Source of the DNA: Nageia nagi
Lineage: Eukaryota; Plantae; Pinophyta
Assembly (NCBI GenBank): GCA_050084985.1
Contig: JBITNC010000001.1
Location: 93,682,001 to 93,746,000, forward strand
Length of the DNA: 64,000 nucleotides
Reading direction: 5' to 3'
Positions 26,801-39,720 of this stretch are shown piece by piece. A program made the translations under genes and the position numbers. Below the pieces are notes generated by a model. That model was not told the origin of the DNA. It searched no databases and saw nothing but the letters and a program-made list of their open reading frames with translations. Positions within the stretch are counted from its first letter, which is position 1, and each line of letters opens with the position of its first letter.

Positions 26801-27430
26801 GAAAGAGATCATGGAGACTATTGAGAAGTTATCTTCTCAAGTCTATAGCCTCCTTGAGGAAGGTGTTGAAATCCCAAATAACAGGCCTCCTCGAGAAACT
26901 GGATGGTCATCTCCCCACCGTCACCCATCTATAGCAGATCTTTTCCTATAGTTTTGAAAAGTTAGTCTACTACCAAGAATTCATGTATCAGCACGACTGG
27001 CTAAAGCATTCACTGGAAAAGTGTAATGTTGTTTTAAAAGTCAGGATCCCTTCGAGAAAGGAAGTAGACGAGTAGTTGAGCCAGTATGTATATAAGCTGA
27101 AGTTCCAAGGGGAAGATAACAGCATGTGAAGGAAGGAAGCGATCTTGGCAGAGGCACATAATTTAATCCAGGAACATCTTGGGTTGAGGATCTCAATCTA
27201 CTAAAGCCAGGGCAGCCCATTCATCATGAGAGGCAGATGGTCATCTGGAAATTTCAAATGCAAGCTATTTCCAAGCAGATTGGAGACTACTTCAGACAGA
27301 ACGGTAGCATAGTGGGATGATTTCCAAAGGAGTAGGAAAGACTATGTTATTCTTGGATGAGACCACAGGGTCATACGGTATCACCAACGAGGAATGGAAC
27401 TTCGTCGATGTCAGATCAAATTTGGCCTAG
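23871..27430 (+). pseudogene. Decayed ~1150-codon accessory ORF inside LTR C
   Basis: ORF pieces at 23871, 24126, 24396 and 25023 are in one frame, separated mainly by TAG stops (CAG/TGG decay). Globular N-terminal half (FYMNSYLVY; DFYLQYTDYTYRVYG..WP..L.KYANDRLVLMEFAR), then an acidic/basic low-complexity middle and a coiled-coil-like C-terminus (26553-26951). 3' end approximate. Confidence 0.8.
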
Positions 27431-27838
27431 ATTTGATCCACTTGCAGATTTTGTCTGCAATTATCTTTTCCATGTTAAATGCATATTATTGGAGGTTGTT
27501 GTATTCAAAGTTCATTTAATTGATTTGACCGATGTAGGGATGAGGTTTTGCTCCCATCAGATCAAATCTATCAAATTCATTTATGAATCTAAACGGTGCA
27601 GGGATGAGGTTTTGCTCCTATCAGTTCAGATGTCAGATATTTATTGCATATCTGATTTTCTTTGTGCATAGGTTAGAGATAGATTAGATGTTTTATGGCT
27701 ATGAGATTTATATTTTGTCAATTTTTAAATGCCACTTGCATAGTTTTTTGTAAAAGATCATATTTTGCATTGGTATGTGTGTTGCATGTGAGCCCACCAT
27801 ATCAGATCGTATGCCCTTACGGAAATACTTCTAGTGGC

Positions 27839-27851
27839 CTATTTATACCCC
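27839..27851 (+). promoter_or_regulatory. Probable LTR promoter TATA (CTATTTATACCCC)
   Basis: Same motif in B (15093-15105) and D (minus, 37224-37236), variant in A (minus, 4877-4888); always ~0.82-0.95 kb from the LTR 3' end. Confidence 0.6.
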
Positions 27852-29899
27852 ACTCGAGCCATTTAGAAGGAGATTTTTGCATATATACAGATTTTTGGCA
27901 TATGATTGGATGTACAAGGATTTTTGCATACTTTTGATTGCATAAGGATTTGCTGCATAAGGGATTCTTTGCATATCATGGTTGCATATTGTTACATCTC
28001 TAGTGCATTTTGAATATCATATTGAGAGTACTGCAATCAAGAAAGGAACGCTTCTATTTATATTATTGAATATCATTAAGAGTTGATTTCTTTCTGGAAT
28101 AATTCTGTAAAGTAAATGTTGTGAAGATTGTCATTCGTGGGATCATGCATATTATCTTGTAAGATTTTCTTGCTGGTTTGGATAATTTTTACTGCTTAAT
28201 TGCATTCTCTTTGAAAACTATCAGTTTTAAGGGAAGATGGTTGAATATCTTTTGAAGTGATTTAAATTGTTCATTGCATGATTTGCATTTAAGTGGATGT
28301 ATTTTGTGTCGTATAGCTTATGTCTATGTCAATCAGTTAATCTTTTCCCTTCATTCCATTTCCATTGAGTCTTCCATCATAGACACTACAGCATCCTGCT
28401 CTCGTCTAGTAGTAACTTGAGCTTTTGCTATTTGTTGCCCGGCTTGATAAGTGAATACATTTTCTTTAAGAATCCGGAGATGACCTGCCGAGACATTGCA
28501 TCACTAGAGACACCTCCATAAGCTTATTTTCATATTCCTATGCATCTATCCTTGCATTTGTGTCTTTCTTCGCTTTTGTTCACATTTGCAATCTTTCCTC
28601 TTTGTGGAAACAAATTTCTACGGTGTATTTCCCTTGTATATAGTTAACAACATGCATCTCTATCCACTATGCCCTGGTCCATACTCCATGTGAGCGCTTG
28701 GGGTAACCAATCCTTTCAGGTGGAAACAAGTAACGTTGTTTCCTCCAATTCTTGTGCATGTTTTGGGTGAGGAAAGAAAAACATACCAACACATCAATCA
28801 ATTGAAAATTTTGATTATCAAGATGGCAAATGGATAGATAAAATAGTTGTAAAAATCAAAATCAGATCAGAATCGTTTGGCTGCAGGATTCAGATTTTTT
28901 GAAAGATCGAAAAAAACGGATAAAATTGGAATAAAGAAAAAATGAAGGAATTTCTCCTATTTGACATTGAAACAAATCAGTTTTAGTTATATTTCAACAT
29001 TGCATATTAAATAGACAACATTCCATATAGAATAACACATAAAATATCCAACATTGCATATCAAAGAAATTGTAGAGTTTTGTATTACAAATCGAATGTC
29101 CAAGTGTCAAGGACCAAAAAACATTAAAGGTTACTAATGTGACATAACAAAATCTGAATCAAAACATTCATCTAGAATAACAAAATCTGAATCAAAAGAT
29201 TCAAAATATTTATCTAGTGCTACTCCTAAAAAATCTTTAAAAATCCTAAAAAATCGTCGGATGATTTTTTGCCATTTTTTGCTAAAAATAGCAGTTATAC
29301 CCAAGACACTAAACAAAGATGACAATTTGCTAGCCAAGATACTAGACTGAAGCCCATAATTGAGCAATGAATTAGTAAGAAGTAGAACATTAGAAATGGA
29401 ATAGACTATTCAGAACCTGTCAAGAAGGTCAACCACCTAATCAGAACCTGCACAAAGGATACAATAGATATTCAAACATGATGCCAATCGTCACCATTCT
29501 TCACTGCCAAGTGTGTGATGAATGGGAGATTTTGTGAGAAATTGTTATAAGATGAAGTGGTGTGGATTAAAAGACCAAAACAAGAACAATTGACCGAATA
29601 ACCAAGGCAGTTCAATGCTTTTATCACCCATCTTTCCTCGCAGTCCAACATGTAAATAGCTGAAAACTGGCTTCAGTCCTGTTGAAAAATCTGTAGTAGT
29701 CATACTCTGATCTGCCTTCATTAGACAACTTATAAGGCTGAAGTCCAAATCACTTCAATGCCAAAAGGAAGGGTTCAAACCTTGCACCTTAAACAATCAT
29801 TTTGAAATGGTTGTATGGAGTTGTGAGCTAATGTTTCATGCCAAATGGCTTGCAAAAATTGATCAAATGCTTTGAAGAAATATTCACCTCCAATGTCAG

Positions 29900-31400
29900 T
29901 GTGGAGCCTCCTGATTCTCGCCTACTCTGATTCTCTGTCATGAACTTAAATTCTTAGCAAATGTATTGAAACTTTCATTGAAAAGTCATCAATAAATGTA
30001 ATGAAGTAAGGCCACAACCAGCTCTAACTTTTCAGTCATCCACCAATCGCTTCCCTCATCAAATGAGTCTCTATGTAGCTTGCCCATGACGCAACCTTCA
30101 CCAAGACACCTGTTTCTCATAACTTCAAATATCCAGAGCACATGATCACATGGACCATCAACTGCAAATTCAGATCATTTAAATGACCTGGTTTCTTCTT
30201 TCTTGTGCCAAAACTGATGTTTTGTATTTACATAAGAAATATGAGCCCTGTACCAATGAGTCATCCATTGACCTATATAGACCAGAACCTGCTATATCAA
30301 TAGCCAGGCTCATTTAGTTTTGATACAGAAACTCCTTTGTATGTAACACTTGTGTTGTTGCCCTCAATTTGGCTGATGAACAACAAAATTTTCATCTTTC
30401 CAAGCACTAGCAAGATATTGCTGGCATAGAAATTCTTCTCATTCAACATGTGAATGGGTCCATCATCAACAACCTTTACTTTGGGTTTGGGTCTCAGCTT
30501 TCTTTATGCTACAATATTTCTACATGCATCTAGAACTGCCAAAATAGTAGCATGACATATTCTTCTTCCCTTATGATCTTCATTATTATTCCTTGAAGGA
30601 TCAGGTGCTTTGGCGACCAACAAACATTGGTTGAGTAAATTTATTGACCCTTGCGATTTACTGCATAAGCATGATGTACTTCCTCTTCTCTTGCCATGAA
30701 AACATTCCCTCCCAACTAATCAAACTTGAAAGTTCCAATCTTGCCAGCGTTTGCAAGACTAGAAATTGAACTCTTGTATGTAAGTGGGAGTTGCTTTTAT
30801 TTTGTAAAGACAAATTCTGTCTTCCACAGCTTTTCCATATTCATGAACTAGTTCTTGATGCCCTTGATTGTTTGCATGTGAGAAGACATAGTTTTAATTA
30901 GTTTCAAGCTACAAAGATGACTTCAAAGCATCAGAAATTGAATATTATTCTTTTATCTGTCACCTATCGCCTTCACTTCAACTACGGTTTGTGAACCCTG
31001 CATAATCTCAGTCAGACTTCCAATAAGTATCAAGTTAATGCATGCTAGGGTAGTAAATGCCTTCAAATACATTTTGATCTGAAGGATCACTTGGATATTT
31101 AGGAGAACCATCTGCATGACTCCATAAACCATTAACCAAACTTTCACTTGAAGCTTCAATTCCTATAATTTTTAGAGCCAGAATAGATTCTCATACAGGA
31201 TTTTCATAACTTATTTGCCTCTATGCAGCTGCAAACGTGAACTATCAGCTTTACAAAAGCAGCCTCTCTCAAGAGTCTTCTCCCTAATGGCATCATATTT
31301 GCAGCACCAATGAATTTTCTTCTGTTAGCAAGTCCAAATATGCAGAAAATCATTCAACAATCTGTCCTAAGGCTCTGCTTACCAATTGTTCAATTGAAAC
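29900..31400 (-). mobile_element. Highly degenerate LINE ORF2 (RT) remnant
   Basis: Fragmentary minus-strand similarity to L1-type RT (a KSPGPDG-like region near 31090, VVDD near 30470); many stops. Confidence 0.35.
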
Positions 31401-31839
31401 CAGAACAAAATGCATAATTATAACACACATGATCAAAGAAATTGGTAGAATTGGTGTGCCATTTCATTATATTTTCAATCACTTTCCTGTACTATTGTAC
31501 AATTAGTCCTCACATGCATTTATAATTTTATAGAATATTTTAGTCTTTGCATTTTGAACAACTATCACTCAATTTAGACAGTTGTACTAATATTTGGGCA
31601 TCTATCAATCACACCTAACAAGGATCAGATAATACTAGGTTAGCTGCACTCCTTGGTTATATCTATAACTTAGCTGTCATCAAATACCATCAATTAGGTG
31701 ACTCCATTGTAAGATGAAAATGTTCTATGCCATGGGAGCAATTGAACAACAGATGACTAGCTTTTTCTAATAGAACTGTATTTTTGCACCATGATGGCAT
31801 GCATAGTATCAAACATTGATTATTACTGAATATGTTTTT

Positions 31840-32230
31840 TTGTGTTCCTTCAATGTAAATGGTGCTTCTTGAGGCAACCCAAGGGAGGCAAGCATAGGAA
31901 GAATAGCCCATTTCTCATATAATGCTATTCGTTTTGCCTTGGGTGAAAGAATAGAAGTGCACATAAATGACCTGGTTAAGGCTCTTGCCATTCGTCATGG
32001 TTTCTTAGAAGCCCAAATGGTGGGCGTGCAAAGGATTCAATTTGAGGCAGAATCCTGAATAATGGTTCACCTTCTGTCTAATAAGGGTGAAGGGAGTATG
32101 GCTGACTGGCACTTACAAAAGGTGATCTCTGGTATTTTTGAACTTTCGTAGTGTTTCTTGAATGCCAATTTTACAATATTCCCATTGAACATAACAAGGT
32201 GGTTGAATGGTCTACTAACTCTACCCTCAT
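31840..32230 (+). mobile_element. LINE-type RNase H (RVT_3-like) remnant
   Basis: FNVNGAS*GNPREASIG ... IQFEAES ... NKVVEWSTN, matching the plant LINE RNH motifs NFDGA.GNPG, EGDS and NKVAD.LAN. Confidence 0.6.
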
Positions 32231-32849
32231 TGATAAAGACTAAGAATGGTAAGGTGACATATTCCTTTTGTGGCCTGAGAATTTAGAAGAATTCTGGATA
32301 GGCTTTTAACCAAAAATCAGCATGGGGCAGATTTATAAACATCCTTTTTTATCTTGCCAAGAGACTGATTTGCAGGGGACTGAATTTAAGAGTAATGGCT
32401 TTGGCAGGAATCTAGTTTAGGTCAAAGGATTACAGGATGGCAGTGGTTGCTTTTGAACTCTATCAGAACTTGGTCACTGCATCTGAAATCTTGGAAATTC
32501 ACAATGTATAATGATATTCTGAAACCTATATTAAAATACATCTTTTTCTTTTTGTCAAAAAATATTCTACAATGAACCATGCTTCTACAGATGTCCAAAT
32601 GCAATCGACATCCAAGCAAGAACTCAAATATAATAATCATTACAAGTCCATATTTTCTTCTAACTTTTTTGCCAATATATCAATCCAATAGTTAACTGAC
32701 TTTCTTTAGTTCCTTGTGACCAAATCCTTTATTCTGGAATCATTTGAAGAATCCTTATGTTTACAGTTCAGTTAGAATAATCATAATAAATGAAGTAATG
32801 TGTTACTAGAATATCCTGAAATCCAGGCTGGTATAAAATAACATCCTAC

Positions 32850-32995
32850 CTCTCAGGAAGTTCTGTTTGTTCCGTAGCAATTGAATCTGCAGTTGTCAAA
32901 CAATCAACTTGAGTTTCGGTAGTACACTCTCCTTCCTCAGAAGAACCTAAAAATGCTGAAGCAACTGAGAGACACATTATTGGTTTTGAAAGTCC
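32850..32995 (-). CDS. Sec14p-like protein, coding exon 2
   Basis: Acceptor TATTACAG|, donor AG|GTAGGA; 146 nt (phase 0 to 2); GLSKPIMCLSVASAFLGSSEEGEC...ELPE(S); joins both neighbouring exons in frame. Confidence 0.85.
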
Positions 32996-35900
32996 CTGTA
33001 ATATTCACATTAAATGGTATTAATATACAAGTCTCGTAAATCACTACTCTTTAGGATGAACTACCTATATCATCAATTGCAATTTGTCCCCAGTATTTGC
33101 TCATTTTACATCATCTACTTTATCATTCAAAGTTGATCTGGGTAATTGTCTCGACAATCAGGTCTTTACGTTCAGATATTTTAGATAAGCAATTTCACAA
33201 GTTTCTCAAATCAAAACTTATCTTCTACAACAATTAGCCGTAAAACCAATACAAGCATATCATTGCCAACAACAATTTTGGTACATACATTCTTGGCCAC
33301 CTTGTTCTTTACCTTAGGGTTTATACATCTTCATTCCGCAAAAGATAGGTTTTATCCACTCCTTTCCGAACTTGGCTTAGTCTGTAATACTGTATATACT
33401 TGCATCATTTATTCATTGTTTTATTAGATAGTAATAATGTTGCTTCTGTAATTTTGCTTAGTTCGCACTAGTGCTTTCTGTTTCCACCCTGTCTTCACAG
33501 AATTGCAGGTTCTGCAATGCAGTTGCAAGGTGAACGCAACAGTGTGGCAAGTTGGAAGTATAATGCAGTTGTGAGTTGACATAACACAGTCACGCTCCCA
33601 GATTTTATGTCATCTTCTGACGTAGGTCATACACACCACCTCTTCTATTTAATGCATTTAATTACCTGTTCATGCATATCTACTAGACCTGTATTTACTG
33701 TTATACATACACATCATTTTGTTTTATGTATAAGCAAGGGATAGAAATTAATTACACATTAGGTTGTGAGTTTTTTCCACCTACAGTTGGATAATAGATC
33801 ATTCAGAGTTATTCCTTTAATTATAAAGCAAAGTACAAGGATACTTTTATACACATCAATGTATTATAGTCATAGACCATTCTTTCTATGTAATAATTGG
33901 TACTCCAAGGCTCAAGATCAAATTACTTTGAGACCAAATTTCTATATAAAAGACAAGATACAAGGTCATCCCCAAATAATATAAGTTCATTAAATAGATA
34001 ATAACTATAGCTATTGTTCTGCTTTTTTTTTACTCATTCACATTTACGAACAGCACAAGCAGAGCAGTGAACAGGCATTTATGTGTTTTAGTACTATATA
34101 ATTTGTATATTATAGAAGAAAGAATCTTCTATAATCTGTTCAGGAGGATTTGTTTCCAAAGTTCTGAATTTAAGCACTTTGATATATCTATTATTCTGTT
34201 TTTGAGTCTACAGTTCCATATAGGATAATGGAATTGGGATGGTAGTAGTGGTCAGGTTTCTTCAAACAAGGAGTCCTCATTCAAAATCTTTCTCCAAAAT
34301 TTCAGCTAATGAAATATGTAGCAGTTTCAAAAACAGATTTCTTTTTCATTGCGCCACCATTTTCTAGCAAAAGGCAGAACTCTATACTCTTCTTGGAAGT
34401 AGATATTCACAAGTCAGAGAGAAAGTATCTGGCACCCCATGTTACTTCAATAGCAAAAATACAACTTGCAATGGACGAGAATACAGTTGCTCTTACAGGT
34501 GGTAGTTTTGTTGTGTCTATTTCTTTTTGGGACCAAAACATGTAAAAATAAAGAGAGATTAATGATCTGAAAGAAGTTCAACGAACTTCGGAGTCAAAAG
34601 TAGGTCCTTCGTTTATTTTCTTGGTGCGTACAAAGAATATTGTTTAAAAAATGCTGACCTTGGAGAACAATATCTTTTATGAAAGTGAAGTCTTAAATAG
34701 TTTTCTTTATTGAATAAAACGAGGATCAGAAAACCTTTGGTGGCTGCACATATGTCAGCTTGGCAAGCTGGAAGCAAAAGCACCAGTCTCCTTGAATTTC
34801 TGGACATGGGCAATGTAGAAAAGTCGAACCATAGATCATCATGCTACGAGATTGACTCCTATAAACATGTCCAACATTAAAAGAATCTAGGATTCTAGGA
34901 TTTTATAAGTTGTTGATGTATCATCAAATGACAATTTATCACCAGACTACTTCAAGAACTGTAATAGCAAACGATGGAAACAGGCAATCAGCATGTAGAT
35001 AGATTTTTGTTTCTGTAAAGGTAACAATGGTGAAGGACAAAGCAGAGATTTTGGCACAAGAGGTGCTTGTGGTAGAAAAATTGTTATCAAAGTGAATGCA
35101 CTTTTTTCTAACTTGAGTTACATCTTCCAATTCTAAGCATTGCAAAGGATAATCGCATACAAGAAAAATGTTTTAAAAAACAAAATGATCAACTAAATAG
35201 GGAGAAAGAAAGAAACTATATTAATATCCATGGATGACCATAATAGGTCAATAGGACTAATAAGTACATCAACTCATACAACAGCTAAAGAGGTAGTGTA
35301 AAGGCATCTCCCAAAACAAAAGAAAAAGAGGTACAAGGACAATGGTAGAAAGAAAGACCCTACAGAGAACAGGTTTGTCTACGGAGATAAAGAACATGGA
35401 TATAATTTATGATAGAAGAGAAAACAGATAGGTTGCTTTCAATACCAATATAGATGTTTCACAAACATTGTGGAACCTTGATCCTAGAACATGGAGAAAA
35501 GAATGGTTCACCTCGCCAATGGAACAATGTGGACATGACAGGCCCTAGTAATGAATAACATGCAGAGTAGAAGAATACAGTGGCATTCAAATGGAAAAAG
35601 CACATTAGTAATTCAAAAAAATTGGAATACATATGTTGAAGTTCTCTATTATTCAAATTACATAAAAACATTTCTAATTTTCTTTTTTATTTTGTAATGA
35701 GAACAATGTCTTATTAAAAAAACAAAATACACAATCATAAAGAATGAGGTGTTAGAACAATTAGCCTATAATTTGCGGCAAAGAAGGGAGTGGCAAACAG
35801 AACTAAACCATGACATTGGGAGAACATCCCAATTTATAACCAACACACAGGAGACATGATGAACATTCAAACATAGCCAGGACACAAAATACATGTTGAT

Positions 35901-36334
35901 TAACTAGATAGAATATAAAGAGACAAGTTCAAGGCACCAACAGGTGCAACTTTCAGCATCAACCAACACAAAAGACCACATAAAATCTAATTTCGGAACA
36001 GTCAAAGGAATGAGGTTGAGGATGATGAAGGGGGAAAGGAATGATTTCTTGACCTAGGATGCTCAATTTCAAATCAAGCCATATGGTTACATGATTAACT
36101 GATAAATATGGATATTCTACCAGCCGTACGGTTACATGATTGTATACTATTGTATAGAATTGCTAGGTGAATTGCTACCTTCTAGTTGAAATTATGACGA
36201 GAATTCAAATTTTAATTTTCCTAGACTGTAGAATTTAATGTATGGTGTCTCAATCAAATTATCTATTTCTGAAATGTTATATCCACAAGAATATTGGGAA
36301 TAAACTTGAGAGTCAAATATCACACTAAAGGATG

Positions 36335-38730
36335 TGTTGGGGTGTTTTTCTTTCCTACCTTGGAGTAGTGAGAAAAATGCCAACACCTTTGGTGGAGGGA
36401 CATTACTCACTCCCACTATGGGGACTGGTTACCCCAAAGGTTAGCTTCACAACTTGGTGAGGATAACCCAGGGAATGGTTTAGATGTTTAAAGCTGCCAC
36501 CAACATGAATATAATGTGTCGATTCAAGAAGTCAAACTATCTTTGTAACCAGGCTAAGTTGTTTCTGGAAAATGCTAAAGGGGAATAAGGGGTGCAAAAA
36601 TTGCAGAAAAAAGTGTAAAATAAAAGAAATGAAAAATTGGTGGAAAGATTGTGGGTAATAGGATGTAACTACAGGCATGCGAGCTCACGGGTTTGGGATA
36701 AGGTCCTCAAGAGTCGACTTGTTGGGTCTCGACATAGGTTCCACACACCCTCAATCTGTTCCACTAGCCAACAACACGAATGGTCTAGTGGAAGGAGCGT
36801 GAAGCTGTGGCAAGGATGGAATAGGATGGGGTGAGGGCAAGACTCAACGATTCGGGTGAAGTTCCTACTATGAGCGATATCAACAAGACATCTTGAGGTA
36901 TCCGAACCTAAGATTGCAAATGACAAAATATCACCAACAATATGCTAATCAACCACTTCATAAGATATACAAGCACTCTCTTGTCCACTCCACACGGAAT
37001 TTACAGGATGCAACAAGTGATGTAATTTAACACAAAGCAAGGATAGAACAAACTAGACAGCACTGTCAATCATTCATTCAAATTTGGCATTACAACATGA
37101 GAAGCATTTCATCATAATTACATATACATACACCACATTTAACAACTTAGAGAATTTGGGTCTAGCACGCAAAGTTCTTTTCCATTGTTAAAGTGTCAAT
37201 CCCCCTTACAAATGAATCAAAATGGGGTATAAATAGTTTTGGAGCAACCATCAGTGTTGCCCTAACCCTAATTACGTGTTCCAAAAAAAATACATGTGGT
37301 CCAATAATAAAGTTTCACATGGCATTACAAGGTTCATTCCAGAACTTGTGGGAGCAAATCCTCATCCGTCACAAGGCTGTACAAGACTTAATAAGTCTTT
37401 AGAATCCAAAAATAAAATTGCAATAAATAAAATAACATAAAATAAAATTGTTGCAACTGCAACAACATGCCGTTGTGCTCTTCTGGTACTCTTAGGCTCG
37501 TGCATCTCCTTGCCCTTTGCAACACTGGACTTGACCTATTCACCTTTTGGGCACCTGCAAGGACAATCTGGTAGCCTGCATGTATCACTGGGATGACCTG
37601 GGACTATCTTTGAAATATGGTCATCTTGGGTTAGTGTCTCGCAATTGGAGCGTGTCGGAGAAACTCTATCATGAGCTAGGTGCATGCCAGAGAAAGACAA
37701 GATTTTGTCTTTTGAAACGGGGCTCCCAACTCTCTCCGATTCCTCCAACTTTGGGCATATGATCCAAAGAGTCAGGATTTTGTCTTTATGGAGCATGCAC
37801 TGGGTTGTAGGTGGCCATATTTGCTTTGTCTTGGTCTTCTGCTCCCAGGACTTAGCTGATTTTTCAAGTTCCCTTCATCTTGAAGCCTTCCCAAGCTTGG
37901 CACATGCTCCCAGAAGTCAAAAATTTGTCTTTTTGAGGCATACACCAGCCCCTCTGGTCCTGTTGGAGCTAGATCCAGGCTTCAAGGCTCCATGCCTTAG
38001 TCAAATTTCACACTTTGATCCAACTAGGTGCCTTCCTACCCTTGGCGCATGCTCCCAAAGGACAAAATTTTGCCTTTTTGATGCATGCGCCAGCCTTCTG
38101 GGTGAGTGTGTTTTGATCCTTCATCTCCCGAACTTGTCCTAGCGGCCTGCTAGCTTAGGCGCATGCTCCCAAAAGACAAAATTTTGTCTTTTTGAAGCAT
38201 GCAGCAACTTTGAAATGCTTCAAGTTAACTTTTTCGGGCCTTTGTTCCATCCTGGGCACCTCCTTGAGCCTGGCACATGCCCCAAAAAGACAAAATTTTG
38301 TCTTTTCATGGCATGCGCCGGGTCTAGGAGTGACCCAATTCGTTTTTCTGGACTTGAACTCCAAATCGAGCCTCTTCCTAGCTTGAGAGCACATCCTAGA
38401 AAGACAAAATTTTGCCTTCCTTGAGCATGCGCCAGGCCTAGGAGTGACCCGGACTCACTTTGCTTGGTTCCGAATTGACACAAGTTTCCCAATTTCACCT
38501 AAACTCAACTTGGATTTTCCAGACTTAGCCAATTTTTGAGGGTTTTATCTTTTCATCATGACACGACCAAGACTAGGTGATTGGACTCAATTAGGTGATG
38601 GAAGGATAGACGTGGTTTCCGGTCAATCGGGGACAAGAAGGGATCGTGCCGACTTGATGTCACAATAGTGTAAGTTGCGGAGGGTCCCCAAAATTGCGAA
38701 ATTTTGAGGTGAGTTGTGTAGGGCACAATA
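36335..38730 (-). mobile_element. Solo LTR D (2.4 kb), same subfamily as B
   Basis: Minus-strand termini TATTG...CCAACA, perfect TSD GGATG (36330-36334, 38731-38735); long colinear similarity to B. Confidence 0.93.
37680..38435. repeat. Array of 7 palindromic repeats with variable spacers in LTR D
   Basis: Includes the perfect 22-bp palindrome AAAAGACAAAATTTTGTCTTTT (38171-38192) flanked by GCATG...CATGC. Confidence 0.9.
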
Positions 38731-38735
38731 GGATG

Positions 38736-39720
38736 GGCCTCTATGCTTACTATAAGTTATTTTCAAGGATAAGTTATTCTCAACTAATTGACAAATGATA
38801 GATGTTTGCCAGATCATTTGTTTAACTCAAAGATATTAATGACCAGTTAGTAAAAATTGACAAGGAGAATAAGGAAGATGTGATAGCTGTAGAGCTTAGC
38901 AACTTTCCTTCCTTCAAGAATTTAATTGTATCGTTGAATTTATATGTGAATACATTAGATCTGAATTAATTGACTTCTTTCCTTTTGCAAAGGAAAAGGT
39001 AAAGACTCCTTAGAACACAGTAGTGAAATCTAAAAATTTTATCAATTTGGATTTCCAATGAAGTTAAATTACTTCCTCAAATACAAGAGTTTGAAGAAGG
39101 GGTAGAGAAAATGGAAGTATAAGATGTTCAAGCACAAATCTTGCAAACAGGCAAATGTGACTGATTTTGATCAAAAAGATTTCAATGAAGCATATACATT
39201 TACTGCAACTGAAAAGGCAACATCCTGTGCCTGAGAGTTTGATTTTGGTGCAACATCCTGAGCGATGAGATTATACCATCAACAATGCTTTGGGATGGTT
39301 GGACTCATTGCGTTGAGGTTGTGATGATGATCAAATTCATATGAAAATGGTTAAATATGCATTTGATAATGTATTATCGTATATTTGTAGCAATGAGGAA
39401 GCATATATAGGTCAACCAAGGTTTCCAAGTTCCATGCAAGGGATACTTGGTTTGCAAGTCGAACAAATCCTTATACAAGCTTAAGCAAGCTCCTCAACCC
39501 TAGTACATAAACAGCCAACATCTTCAAAATTCAATATTCTGAAAATGTTTACTGGATCTAAATATCTATGTCAAAAGCACTTTACTGACATCATGATCTT
39601 TATTGTATATGTTGTCAACAAGTTCTGCAATTTCTTATCTATGTAGATTTTTTTACATGATTGAGTGTAGAGTTTTTGAAGGTGCACTATTTAATTTTTG
39701 TTTCTAAAATCAAATATGCT
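38736..39720 (+). mobile_element. Very degenerate Copia remnant
   Basis: FDFGATS (protease-like, ~39240) and YKLKQAPQ (RT, ~39475) fragments. Confidence 0.45.

Larger units (their letters stand above)
21702..28791 (+). mobile_element. Giant solo LTR C (7.09 kb) containing a decayed protein-coding gene
   Basis: TGTTG...CAACA termini, perfect TSD CATCA (21697-21701, 28792-28796), no internal direct repeats, PBS or pol motifs; shares 5', 3' and promoter motifs with A, B and D. Confidence 0.9.
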
